This document shows positions 18,894 through 28,901 of a stretch of DNA of 64,000 nucleotides, one piece after another. The position numbers and the translations under genes were made by a program. Positions within the stretch are counted from its first letter, which is position 1; each line of letters begins with the position of its first letter. Source of the stretch: an uncultured bacterium (lineage in GTDB: Bacteria > Chloroflexota > UBA5177 > JANWHV01); assembly GCA_963827235.1 (NCBI GenBank), contig CAWHAE010000009.1, positions 1,152,001 through 1,216,000 on the forward strand, in the 5' to 3' direction. The notes beneath the pieces were generated by a model. That model worked only from the letters and a program-made list of their open reading frames with translations. It made no database searches and was not told the DNA's origin.

Positions 18894-19750
18894 CGGGTGG
18901 ATACAATCACCGTGGGCACCGCGGCCGGATTGGCCGGGCAGCGATCCACAGCGCCGCGCCAGCAGTCCACGAGCTGCAGGATGCCGGTGCTCATGGTGGG
19001 CGGGTCGTTGTTGTCGGTCGACGGCGCGTAGATGGGTACGATGTCGGCCACGGTGTGCAGCTTCATCTGGTCGACGTAGAGCGATCGCATCAGGCTGAAC
19101 CATTCCACGGCGCCGTCGACCCAGCTGTCGTAGTAGCGATAGCCATCGCGGGAAGGCTCGTTGGACATGGGCCTCAAGTTGCCGAAGCTGTGCGTGGTCA
19201 CTGCTTCCCCCTGCGTGCCGGCGCGGCTCTCCATGACAAAGAAGGCCAGCGCCACGGCATCGTCGATGCGGTACTTTTCGCTCAGTGCGAGTATATCCTT
19301 CCCGTGGCCCTGCAGCGGGGATTGGTAGGCCGCCAGGATGCCGTTCACGCGATCGGCACTGATCGTGGGCCCGCCGTCGACGCGCAGCGGACCGCGTGGC
19401 GGCACGTAGGGCGTGAAACGAGGCTGCTCCGAGCCGTTGACGCCCGGCAGGGTGAGGTGTGCGGCGAGCCACCAGGCGAGCAGGCCGATGACCAGAACGT
19501 CGAGCACCAGCCGCGCCGGCAGGAGCAGCAGGCTCGGTTGGCGGTAGCGGTGATAGTTGCCCCTGGGGCGCTTGCGCGGAAGGAGCAGCACGGCGAGCAG
19601 GTGCCCAGCAGGGAACAGAGCGTGCAGGAGAGGGTTCCTCCGCGCTCCGGGGACCTGCCTCCTGCGCCGCGATCCGCGCGTATGCGCGGAAGGCGACGCG
19701 CGCCGCGACGGTGATTGGCGGCGACGCTCCGCCTCGCTCTGACGTCTCAC
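18890..19750 (-). CDS. Membrane-anchored glucosaminidase (lysozyme-like) domain protein
   Basis: One TM, then SEKYRIDDAVALAFFVMESRAG, YRYYDSWVDG, IVPIYAP. Confidence 0.72.
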   Translation of the reverse strand: MRRQSEAERRRQSPSRRASPSAHTRGSRRRRQVPGARRNPLLHALFPAGHLLAVLLLPRKRPRGNYHRYRQPSLLLLPARLVLDVLVIGLLAWWLAAHLTLPGVNGSEQPRFTPYVPPRGPLRVDGGPTISADRVNGILAAYQSPLQGHGKDILALSEKYRIDDAVALAFFVMESRAGTQGEAVTTHSFGNLRPMSNEPSRDGYRYYDSWVDGAVEWFSLMRSLYVDQMKLHTVADIVPIYAPSTDNNDPPTMSTGILQLVDCWRGAVDRCPANPAAVPTVIVSTR

Positions 19751-19816
19751 ACCCTACGCCACACCGACCCGACGGAACCGTGCGAGGGTTCCATCCGAAC
19801 TACGGCTGCTCCCGCC

Positions 19817-20317
19817 CTACGGCTGGGCAAGCACCTTGATCTCCAGAATACGCGCGTCGGTGATACGGCACAGATCGCCGGGAGTGATGGGGAAGATGGC
19901 GTGCGGAGTGCCGGCGGCAGCGAACACCAGGTCGTACTGCAGCAGGTCGCGATCGATGACCACGGGCAGGGCGGACGCGTGCCCGACCGGTGGCACACCG
20001 CCGATGGCGTAGCCGGTGGCCTGGCGGACGGCGTCGGCGTTAGCCCGCTTGATCGGCACGCCGAGGGCCATGCCCAAGCGCTCGGTATCGACGCGGTTGC
20101 CTCCCGAGGTAAGGACGAGCACCATCTCGTCCCCGGCCATAAACACGAGTGACTTCACGATCCGCTCGACGGTGGTGCCGATTGCCTGGGCGGCCTCCTC
20201 GGCTGTCCGCGTGCTCTGGGCGAACTCCACGATCTCGGCCGTGATGCCCAGGCCGGCCAGGGCGCCGGCCACCCGCTTGACGGCCGGCTGTGTCGTCGCC
20301 TGCTGTACCTCACCCAC
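19817..20317 (-). CDS. YbaK/EbsC family aminoacyl-tRNA editing protein
   Basis: TRTAEEAA, IVKSLVF, TGYAIGGVPPVGH, AAAGTP. GTG after AAAGGA. Confidence 0.92.
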   Translation of the reverse strand: MGEVQQATTQPAVKRVAGALAGLGITAEIVEFAQSTRTAEEAAQAIGTTVERIVKSLVFMAGDEMVLVLTSGGNRVDTERLGMALGVPIKRANADAVRQATGYAIGGVPPVGHASALPVVIDRDLLQYDLVFAAAGTPHAIFPITPGDLCRITDARILEIKVLAQP

Positions 20318-20607
20318 GATCGTCCTTTCTCGCCGCGCCTGCACTCCTGTAGCGCTCGCAGTTCTCGCGCACTCGCTTCAGGGTAACAGGGCGAGCTTCC
20401 GGCCGCGGCCGGCCCGTTCCTGCCATCCCGGCAGCTGGAGGCACCGTCGCCGTTTCCATCCACGCGGGGCCGCGATCCCCCCTTCCGCTGCCACGGGATC
20501 GCGATCGCAGGCCGCAGTCTCCCGTCCACCCACGACCAACTGCGGTGGATACGGGCCGGCCTCGCCGCAGCCGGAAGTGCCGTGCCTGAGCTCGACAGGC
20601 GCCGCGA

Positions 20608-21681
20608 TCAGGCCAGGCCCGCAGCGGCGGCCACCGCTTCCGCCGTCGCGGGAATGCGCGCCGGCTGGCCGGCCAGCGCGATGGCGAAGTCTGGATCCTT
20701 CAGGCCGTTGCCCGTCAGAATGCACACCGCGGTGGCGGCGCGGTCCAGCTCGCCCACTTCTGCCAGCTTGAACAGCCCGGCCACGCAGGCCGCCGAAGCA
20801 GGCTCGGCGAAAACACCCTCGCGCGAGGCCAGGAAGCGGTAGGCTTCGCGGATCTCCTCTTCGCTCACGGCCGTGAAGCGACCGCCCGATTCCTCTCTGG
20901 CCGCCACGGCCGTGGCGCGGCTGGCTGGGTTGCCGATGCGGATGGCGGTGGCTGCCGTGACCGGCTTCTCCACCACAATGCCTCGCACCAGCGCCGCCGA
21001 GCCCTCCGCCTGGAAACCCATCATCTTCGGCAGCGCCTGGATGCGACCTAACTCCTGGTAGCGCCGGAAGCCCTTCCAGTAGGCGGTTATGTTGCCGGCG
21101 TTGCCCATGGGCAGGCACAGGTAGTCGGGCGCCGCGCCGAGCACATCGCAGATCTCCCAGGCGCCGGTCTGCTGGCCGATCACGCGATTGGGGTTGATGT
21201 GGTTGACCAGTGTGGCGGCGCCGGTGTTGGCCAGGGCGCGCACGATGGTCAGGGCGTCGTCAAAACTGCCTTCGATTGCCACGACGTTGGCGCCATAGGC
21301 AAGCGCCTGGGCCAGCTTGCCCAGGGCAATGTAGCCGTCGGGTATGACCACCAGCGCGCGCAAGCCCGCGCGGGCGGCGTAAGCGGCAGCAGAGGCACTG
21401 GTGTTGCCGGTGGAGGCGCAGATGACCGCCTTGGCGCCGCTTTCCATGGCCTTGGCCACGGCCAGGACCATGCCGCGATCCTTGAACGATCCTGTGGGAT
21501 TGCAGCCTTCCAGCTTGAGGAATACGCGGTGCAGTCCCGTCCGGGCCTCGATGGCCTCGGCCCGGACCATGGGAGTATGCCCTTCGCCGAGGCAGATCAA
21601 GGGCGTGTCGCCGGTCAGCGGCAGGAGATCTCCGTAGGCGCGAAGGAGGCCGATTCGCTCGGCGTTGCTGGTGCTGATCAT
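20608..21681 (-). CDS. thrC: Threonine synthase
   Basis: LGEGHTP, KLEGCNPTGSFKDRGM (PLP Lys), CASTGNTSASAAAYA, LTGNGLKDP. Confidence 0.95.
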   Translation of the reverse strand: MISTSNAERIGLLRAYGDLLPLTGDTPLICLGEGHTPMVRAEAIEARTGLHRVFLKLEGCNPTGSFKDRGMVLAVAKAMESGAKAVICASTGNTSASAAAYAARAGLRALVVIPDGYIALGKLAQALAYGANVVAIEGSFDDALTIVRALANTGAATLVNHINPNRVIGQQTGAWEICDVLGAAPDYLCLPMGNAGNITAYWKGFRRYQELGRIQALPKMMGFQAEGSAALVRGIVVEKPVTAATAIRIGNPASRATAVAAREESGGRFTAVSEEEIREAYRFLASREGVFAEPASAACVAGLFKLAEVGELDRAATAVCILTGNGLKDPDFAIALAGQPARIPATAEAVAAAAGLA

Positions 21682-22352
21682 CTGCCGCTCTATTCCTCTC
21701 TGTGCTATGGCGCCGCTGCTGGCGACGAGCCGCCTGCGCCGGATGGCGCGCGGCGACAGTCCCGGTCCGTGCTCATCATCGTGCAGGTACGCTACCTGGG
21801 TAGACGCGCGACGCCGGTGCCCTCAGGCAAGTCGCGCACGCGAACCACGCCGACCGATCGCTACCGAGGATGCTACCCGCTGCGGCGCCGATCTGGCCAG
21901 ATGCATCCAGCCGCTTACTCCGCCGGCAGTTATCCCGGGAATCTGGTCGCGGCTCGGGCGGCAAAACGCGACATAGCTCCGCCGCCCCGCATTGCTGCCG
22001 GTGTCCTTTTCGGCCAGGCCCCAGCAAATGCGCTTGGCGGAGAACAACACTTTCCGGCCGGCAGGAGCCGTGGTTCGACGCACGGCCCGGGCAGCTCGAC
22101 GGACGAGGAGGCCGGGATGGCCGGCGGTCCCGGGCCCGCAAGACCAGCCCGTTGGGGCGATCCCGGGCCCGCCCCAGCCCGTCCGTTCCGAGAGCTGAAC
22201 GGCTCCGGCAGCGACCGGAACGAGCGAGACAATTCACTGTGGGTGTGATATACTTTAGCTCTATTGAACGCGCGGCTCATGCGGCATGTCCGGGGAGTAG
22301 CGAGAAAACGCCGGATGGGCGCTTTGCTTGCAGCAGGCGAAAGGGGCGTCAC

Positions 22353-22820
22353 ATGGCTAAGGCGGTGAAGGAAGCGGCGTCGCAAGCGGTGAAAGCGCCG
22401 AAGAGGAAGGCGCTGAAGCGCAGGCTGGACGAAGCCAAGCTGGCGCAGGCGAAAGCCCAGGAGAAAGCCGGCAAGCTTCGCGGTCGACTCGAGCGCGCCG
22501 AGTCGCGCCTGGCGAAGACGGCCGAGGACCTGGTTGCGCTGCAGTCTCTGCTCGAACAGATGCATGCGCCGGCAGAGGCCGCCCGGAATGCGCACGCGAA
22601 GCACGGGTCGCCTGCAGGCGAGCCGGCCGCGTCCAAGAAGCCCGCGTCGCCGGCCGGTACCTCGCACTCCGCCAAGTCCGCTCATGCCGCCAGGGGACGG
22701 ACGCAGAAGAATGCTGTCGACGCCAAGGCGGTTGACCCCAAGGCCAACGGCAAGCCAAGCGAGCAGGATAGCGTCGAGGCAGGGCAGCCGGCCGGCGTCG
22801 AGCCCACTCACGCGGGCTAG
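22353..22820 (+). CDS. Lys/Ala-rich coiled-coil hypothetical protein
   Basis: AAGGGG SD; basic helical N-half and low-complexity tail; extended -10 TGaTATACT at 22246-22254. Confidence 0.65.
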   Translation: MAKAVKEAASQAVKAPKRKALKRRLDEAKLAQAKAQEKAGKLRGRLERAESRLAKTAEDLVALQSLLEQMHAPAEAARNAHAKHGSPAGEPAASKKPASPAGTSHSAKSAHAARGRTQKNAVDAKAVDPKANGKPSEQDSVEAGQPAGVEPTHAG

Positions 22821-22961
22821 ATACCGCTCTGGAGGGCCGGCGCATCGGCGTAGCGGCCGCAGGGTTACGATCGTGGTGGGGCGCCCGGAGTGCGCGTGCC
22901 TTGCCACGCGTAGGTGGCTCGGCGGGATGGCTTCAGGCTGGGCCGGATCAGGGGAATAACG

Positions 22962-24016
22962 ATGGGTAGCGAAGTCCACGGCCTGCAAGCCGGGATGCCG
23001 TTCTGTGCCGCGGCCAGGCCGGCAATCGGCCAGAAGCTCGACGAGCTGTTCCAGCACGAGGCCGGCACGCGCGCCGGGGACGACGTGGAGGCGCTGCACG
23101 ATATGCGCGTGGCCTCGCGGCGTCTGCGCGCGGCCATGGACGTGTTCGGAATCTGCTACCCGGCGAGGCAGTTCAAGCCGCTGGAGAAGATGGCACGTTC
23201 GCTGACCAGGGCCCTCGGCGAGGTTCGCGACCGTGACGTGCTGATCGAAGCGTTGCGCCGCCATGGGAAGCAGGCTCCGCCTGACGAGCAGCCCGGCGTG
23301 GCCGAGCTGGTCCAGGTGCTGCGCGACGAGCGCGGGCTGCATCGCGGCGACCTGGTGGAGGCGCTGGACGCGGCCGAGCACTCCGGCTTCCGCTACAAGC
23401 TCTACGTGCTGCTGATGGGCGATGCCGGCGCGAACGCCAAGTCGCGGAAGAAGGGTCGTCTGGACCCCGGTGCCCCGCTGCAGGAGCACGCGCGGCTGAT
23501 CGCGGTGGAGCGCGTCGCGGACCTGTACGGTTTCGAGCCCTTCATCCGCGACCCGGCAAACGTCACCGAGCTGCATGAGATGCGCATCGCCGCCAAGCAT
23601 CTGCGCTACTCGCTGGAGATCTTCCGTATCTGCTTTGGCCCGGATGTGGAGGACCGCATCTCGGACATCAAGTCGATTCAAGAACAGATCGGCGAGATTC
23701 ACGACTGCGACGTGCTGATCGAGGTGCTCAAGCGCCAGCTTTCCGTGATCGCGCAACGGCTGCAGGAAGCTCTGGTTGCGCAGGCGACCGAACCCATTCC
23801 GCACGAGGAGCGCATGGCAGGGCCCGGGCGATGCTGCAGGGCGGCTCGTCGGGCGATCCGCGGCCGGGGATGCTCGCGCTGCTCAGCAGCAAGACCGACG
23901 AGCGCGCCCGCCGGTACGATGAGTTCATCGGCTGGTGGGAGGATCATCGTCGCGATAACCTGCGAGGAAAACTGTACTCGTGCATCGCGGCGGTCAACGG
24001 CGAGGCGGAGCAGTAA
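22962..24016 (+). pseudogene. CHAD domain (polyphosphate-binding) protein, frameshifted near 23820
   Basis: LHDMRVASRRLR...LGEVRDRDV and LHEMRIAAKHLRY...IGEIHDCDV. C-terminus continues in the 23831..24016 frame. May be a sequencing indel. Confidence 0.8.
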
Positions 24017-24023
24017 CCGGCTG

Positions 24024-24744
24024 ATGCGCGTCGCCGCCTTCTCCGATACCCACGGCAACCTCCTGGGCCTGGAGGCGGTGCTGGGTGATATTGCCCGGCA
24101 CGGTCCGTTTCGACGATCTGATCGTGGCCGGGGATCTGGTCAATGGCGGACCTCGCCCGGCGGAAACACTGGCGCGCATTCGCGCCCTCGACTGCCCGGT
24201 CGTGCTCGGCAACACCGACTACTATCTCTTCGCCGATCCGACCGCCCTGGACGCGGCCGGACTGAAGGAGTCGGAGCGTGCCCAGGCTACCTGGGCGGCG
24301 CAGCAGATCGGGACCGGCGGCGTTGCTTATCTGAAGGCGTTGCCCAGGCGCCTCCACCTCTCGGGACCGGACGGCGGCATCCTGTTGGTGCACGCCAACC
24401 TCGCAGATCTCGAGCAGCACATCTCCCCGGACGAGACCGAGGCCACGCTGCTCGATCGCCTCTCGGGCATGGAGGAACGGGTGCTCGTGTTCGGACACCT
24501 GCATGTCTCCTATCAGCGCTGGGTGGGCGATCTGCTGCTGGTCGACGCGGCGAGCGCCGGCTTTCCCCGGGACGGGGATCGGCGGGCGGCTTGGGCAGAG
24601 ATCCGGCACGAGGGCACCGGCTGGGAGGCCGTTCTGCATCGCGTCGCCTACGACGTCGAGGCGGTGGCAGCCGACCTGCTCGCCTCCGGGATGCCGCGAG
24701 CGGCGAAGCGGGCGAAGGTGCTGCGCGAGGCCAGCTACACCTGA
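24024..24744 (+). pseudogene. Metallophosphoesterase (YfcE/calcineurin-like), frameshifted near 24110
   Basis: FSDTHGN in one frame; GDLVNGGP, GNTD, FGHLH in the next. One extra base in CCG-TTT-C-GAC. Confidence 0.85.
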
Positions 24745-24749
24745 GCCGA

Positions 24750-26564
24750 TCAGTCCTCGGTCTCGAACAGCGGCACCTCGCCGGCCAGGGCCACGACCAG
24801 CAGGTCGCCGTCGGCCACCACGAGATCGGGCTTGGGAGCGAAGCGCGCGTCGTCAGGGCGATCGGCCGGCCGGTGCAGCAGCGCGGCTCCGCCGCGGCCG
24901 GCAGCCACTGCAGCCACGGTCTGGCCGGCCAGCTCGGCGTCGATCTGTATATACAGGATGCTCAGGCTGTCGACGCCGGGATGGTCTACGGGCACGCCGA
25001 TGATGCGCGGCGCTTCGTGGCTGATTGCCGCGCTGGCAAAGACCGGCGCGCCCAAGCTGGCGGTGCTGAAGGCGGCCGGGATGTTCAGACTGCGCCGGGC
25101 CTGTACTGCCAGCTCGTGATCGAACACGCGCACCACGACGTGAATGTCCGGCTGGATGGCGCGCGCGTTCAGCGCCGCTTCTATGTTCGCCAGGTCGCTG
25201 CTGGTCGCGCAGATGAAGGCACGGGCACGGGCGATCTGCGCGCGACGAAGCGTGTCTTCAAACAGCGTGTCGCCGATCACGATGGGAATGCCCAGCGCGC
25301 GCACCTGGGAGACGAAGCGGGCATGCTCGGACTCCTCGATCGCCACCACATGCTCACCGGCATCGTGCAGCATGCTGACCACGCGGAATCCCACGGTACC
25401 CACGCCCGCCACGACGTAGTGATCCTGCTCCTCATCCAGGGGAGCACCGAGCAGGGCGGCCAATCGCTCGCTCACCACGGCTTCGGCGATCAGGGCGTAA
25501 ATCACGGCCATGAGAACGGCGCCGGTCAGCATGACGAACACGCCGTACAGCTTGAGCGGCGTGCTCGCGTGCAGCAGGTTGATGTCGCCCAGCCCGACGG
25601 TGGTGATCAGGGCGGCGGTGAAGTAGACGGCGTTGGAAAGCGCGAGCGGGTAGAACTGCCTGAAGACGATCACGCTGAGCATGAACAGGGTCAGCATGAG
25701 TGAAATCGCGGCGCGCAGGTAAGGGTTCGTGTGTTGCCAGAGCCTCAACAACTGGTGGACCATACGCGGCTGACGCCGCTTTCGCCGCGGCGTGGTGAGG
25801 GCAAGCTGCGTCTCCAGCCATTGCTCGGGATTGGTCGCCGTCCTGGCCGCTGCCACCCATTCCGGGTGGCGTCCCAGGGCCCGCAGGCGAGAAGGATGCG
25901 CGGCGACCAGCAGCTTGGCGCCGGCAGGCGGCGCGTACTCGATCGGCGGAAACCAGACGGTCTTCTCGGTCGTCGTGCAGGCGAGCGCAACCATTCCCAC
26001 CAACCGCCAGTGCTCGAGCGTGAGCGCGGGCGCTATGCCCGCCGGCACCTCCAGGGTGCCGATCGCCCAGGACGTGCCGCCCAGGGTGAAGGCGCCGCGA
26101 AGCCAGGGGTTGCGCGCCGCCATGGCAAAGACCGGCGCTACCATGGCAGAGAGCGACAGGGCCTCAATGCCTACGGGCAGCTCCCGCAGGTGCTCCGCCA
26201 TGCGCTGGTTGAACAAACGCATGATCACGCGCCCGGACAGGTTGAGCTCACGCGCGGCCAGCGCCGTCTTGAGACTGGACATGTCGTGGCTGATGGTCAC
26301 GATCACGACACGAGCATTGCGCACGCCCGCCTGCTGCAGCAGCTCGTACCGCGTGCTGTCGCCGTTGATCACCGGTACCCCGTGGCGCGCCAGCAGGCGC
26401 TTGAAGGGAGTCTGAGGCCCACTGTCGATCACCACGATGCGCATGCCGGCGCGTAGCAGGGCCTCCGTGACGCTCTCGCCGATTCGCCCGAGGCCGCACA
26501 GGACGACGTGATCGCGCCAGGTCGACGTATCTTCAACGGCGGATATCGCGTCGTCGAGCAACAT
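24750..26564 (-). CDS. Potassium channel family protein with two TrkA-N (RCK) domains
   Basis: HVVLCGLGRIG and HYVVAGVGTVG Rossmann motifs; pore TTVGLGD between TM helices. Confidence 0.9.
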   Translation of the reverse strand: MLLDDAISAVEDTSTWRDHVVLCGLGRIGESVTEALLRAGMRIVVIDSGPQTPFKRLLARHGVPVINGDSTRYELLQQAGVRNARVVIVTISHDMSSLKTALAARELNLSGRVIMRLFNQRMAEHLRELPVGIEALSLSAMVAPVFAMAARNPWLRGAFTLGGTSWAIGTLEVPAGIAPALTLEHWRLVGMVALACTTTEKTVWFPPIEYAPPAGAKLLVAAHPSRLRALGRHPEWVAAARTATNPEQWLETQLALTTPRRKRRQPRMVHQLLRLWQHTNPYLRAAISLMLTLFMLSVIVFRQFYPLALSNAVYFTAALITTVGLGDINLLHASTPLKLYGVFVMLTGAVLMAVIYALIAEAVVSERLAALLGAPLDEEQDHYVVAGVGTVGFRVVSMLHDAGEHVVAIEESEHARFVSQVRALGIPIVIGDTLFEDTLRRAQIARARAFICATSSDLANIEAALNARAIQPDIHVVVRVFDHELAVQARRSLNIPAAFSTASLGAPVFASAAISHEAPRIIGVPVDHPGVDSLSILYIQIDAELAGQTVAAVAAGRGGAALLHRPADRPDDARFAPKPDLVVADGDLLVVALAGEVPLFETED

Positions 26565-26718
26565 GCGGCAATCGTAGCACAGGTTTCTCTGTATTGCAGT
26601 ACCGTAGTACTGCATCCGAGCTAGGAGGATCGCGGCCCGAGCCCGGTGACACGACACCGGCAGCACCGGAGTAAGGACGCACGTGAACGACATGCTGCGG
26701 GGGCGGCGGAAGGCGGAT

Positions 26719-28893
26719 ATGCGGCGGCTGCACGCCATTGCCGCGCTCCTGGCGGCCGTGCTGTTTGCGGCCCCGCCGTATGCGGGCGCGGTCCAGGCGA
26801 CGAGCCGTGCGGCCGGACCAGACTCTTTGAGTGCGGCGGCCGTGGATGTGACCCGATCCGCTGCCTCCGGCTCCCGGACACGGTTGGCCGGGCCGCGCGA
26901 GTACGCCTCGCCCGCGGGACCGCGAGCGTCCGGCTCGGCTCGTGAAGCCGACGGGTGGGGCGGACAGGCTGCCGGCGCCCCGGCGGCATTCGCGGGCTGG
27001 GCCATGGACGCCTACCCGGGCGACAGCGTCGCGCTGCTGGAGTCGCAGATGCGGCAGCAACTTGCTGCCGGTGCCAATATCGTCTGGCTGGGTCACAACA
27101 ACCCCGGCGAGGTGGGCACTCGAAAGAGCGAGCCGGGCCTCTCCTTCGCCGTGTGGCAGGCCTTCGAGGACGCCGGATCGCCGCTCCATGCGGATGCCGT
27201 GGACATGCTCCAGGCCGTGCGCAATGCCCTGAACGCGGCTCGAGCGCTCGGCATTCAGGTCGTGCTGCCGGTCGGCTATCAGATTCAGATGGGTGCGGCC
27301 TGGAACAGCGTCCATCCACGGGATCTGCGCGTGGATGGACGGGGCAAGGTCTACGACGCCGGTGGCGAGTCCGCTTCCTTCTACGCACCCGACTACCGGC
27401 GCGACATTCTTGCCTATTACCGCTGGGTGGACGGCACGCTCGTTCGGCCGTACGGCACGGCGATCGAGATGCTGAACATGGCCGACGAGCCTGCCGACGG
27501 CGACTATTCGATCTGGGCAGACTCGGCTTTTCGCGCCCGTTACGGTTTCAGCATGAGCGCGGCGGGAACGAATGCGCAACGGCAGGCCAGCGTGGGGCGA
27601 TTCCAGGCGGACTACATCGCCGACTACGCGGCATGGAGCGCCCGGCAGTGGCTGGCAATCGACCCCGCCGTCAAGGTGACCATGTCGTTCGATGGCGGCT
27701 ACGGCCGCGTCAAGCACGAAGGGCCCGACCTGGAGGCCATCTTCCAGGAGGCGCCCGAGAACTTCGTGGTAACGTTCGACGCCTATCCCAAGGATGGCCT
27801 CTACACGACGCCCGCGCACAGTGCCGACCTCTACGCGCTCTTCAGCCTGGTGCGCACGCTCGGCTACTACTCTGCCATCTATAATCGGCCGCTCTGGCTC
27901 TGGTCAACGGCCAATAGTTGGGGCCTGAACGGGGCCAGCAGCGATCCGGGCACGATTGCCGATGCGGTAGCCAATGCCATCTACCTTGCCCAGCTGGCGC
28001 GGCAGACCGGCGGCGACCTCCAGGGTATCGCCGTTTGGAACTACAACATCAAGGGTCAGGGGCTCTTCAACGACACGCACCGCTACTACTACGACCCGCG
28101 CCTGATGTTCGCACGCGTGTCGGCGACCTTTCCCCTCCTGCGCGGGATCATGCCGGCCCCTGCAGGCCGGCCGGACGCCCTCATCCTGGCGTCGAACGCG
28201 CACGACCTGCTCGTGGCCGGCCGCACGCGCGCCATGCGGGCCCTCGACAGCTACGACTGGACGGCGCTCGCCGCCTTCGCCCACGACGACGAGGCGGCGC
28301 CTATTGTCACTCACCTGATCTCCGGAGGAGCAGCCGGTGTGCGCGCGGTCGTGGTGTTGGATCGCACCGCCTCCGGCGTCACGCCTGCCGACAGGGCGGC
28401 GCTGGCCGGCGTTCTCGACGCCGGAGGTTCGGTACTGGCATCCGCTCCCGTGGCCACGCTGCTGGCGCCGGCCGCGGCAGACGTGGCGCGCGTGGCAGCG
28501 GGCACGGCGAACGCGGGCAGCATCGTCCGTTATCGCACGACGAGGGGGACGCTGCTCGCCGTGCAGGGCGTGCCGGTGGAGCAGATCTTCGCGGACGCCA
28601 ATCAGACCTGGGCCGGTGGCGTGGTACAGGCACTCTTTCGCGCGGGCACTCCCCAGGCCGGCTTCCTGGTGAGCTTTGGCGGGACAACGCTGCTGTACGG
28701 CGGGCTCGCCGGATCCGGGACCTCGTTCACGATCGACGCGCCGCTGCCGGGCTCGCCCGCGGACCTCGTCGTCTACGACGCCGCCGGCGTCGCGGTCCGG
28801 ACCGTGAAGCTCGCCGGCCAAGTAGCCGTGCGCCACGTCGAGGTACAGCGTCGCGCTTACGCGCTGGCAGTGGGTGCCGGCTTGGCGGGCTAA
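26719..28893 (+). CDS. Secreted glycoside-hydrolase-like protein (clan GH-A/GH42-like TIM barrel)
   Basis: Signal peptide; ASFYAPDYR, LNMADEP..DYS..AFRARYG, AIDP..KVT, TFDAYP. C-terminal trimerisation-like alpha/beta domain. Confidence 0.6.
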   Translation: MRRLHAIAALLAAVLFAAPPYAGAVQATSRAAGPDSLSAAAVDVTRSAASGSRTRLAGPREYASPAGPRASGSAREADGWGGQAAGAPAAFAGWAMDAYPGDSVALLESQMRQQLAAGANIVWLGHNNPGEVGTRKSEPGLSFAVWQAFEDAGSPLHADAVDMLQAVRNALNAARALGIQVVLPVGYQIQMGAAWNSVHPRDLRVDGRGKVYDAGGESASFYAPDYRRDILAYYRWVDGTLVRPYGTAIEMLNMADEPADGDYSIWADSAFRARYGFSMSAAGTNAQRQASVGRFQADYIADYAAWSARQWLAIDPAVKVTMSFDGGYGRVKHEGPDLEAIFQEAPENFVVTFDAYPKDGLYTTPAHSADLYALFSLVRTLGYYSAIYNRPLWLWSTANSWGLNGASSDPGTIADAVANAIYLAQLARQTGGDLQGIAVWNYNIKGQGLFNDTHRYYYDPRLMFARVSATFPLLRGIMPAPAGRPDALILASNAHDLLVAGRTRAMRALDSYDWTALAAFAHDDEAAPIVTHLISGGAAGVRAVVVLDRTASGVTPADRAALAGVLDAGGSVLASAPVATLLAPAAADVARVAAGTANAGSIVRYRTTRGTLLAVQGVPVEQIFADANQTWAGGVVQALFRAGTPQAGFLVSFGGTTLLYGGLAGSGTSFTIDAPLPGSPADLVVYDAAGVAVRTVKLAGQVAVRHVEVQRRAYALAVGAGLAG

Positions 28894-28901
28894 AGCGCTC
28901 G

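Noticed and set aside
21199-22248. Long + strand ORFs between thrC and the basic protein
   Set aside because: Mostly antisense shadow of thrC plus low-complexity GC-rich sequence. No Thr-rich attenuator peptide seen.
21930-23804. Long antisense ORFs (also 39434-40849, 60376-62007 and similar)
   Set aside because: Stop-poor shadows of GC3-rich genes on the opposite strand.
22914-25703. 929-aa CHAD fusion protein
   Set aside because: Artefact of two frameshifts plus read-through antisense to the K+ channel gene.
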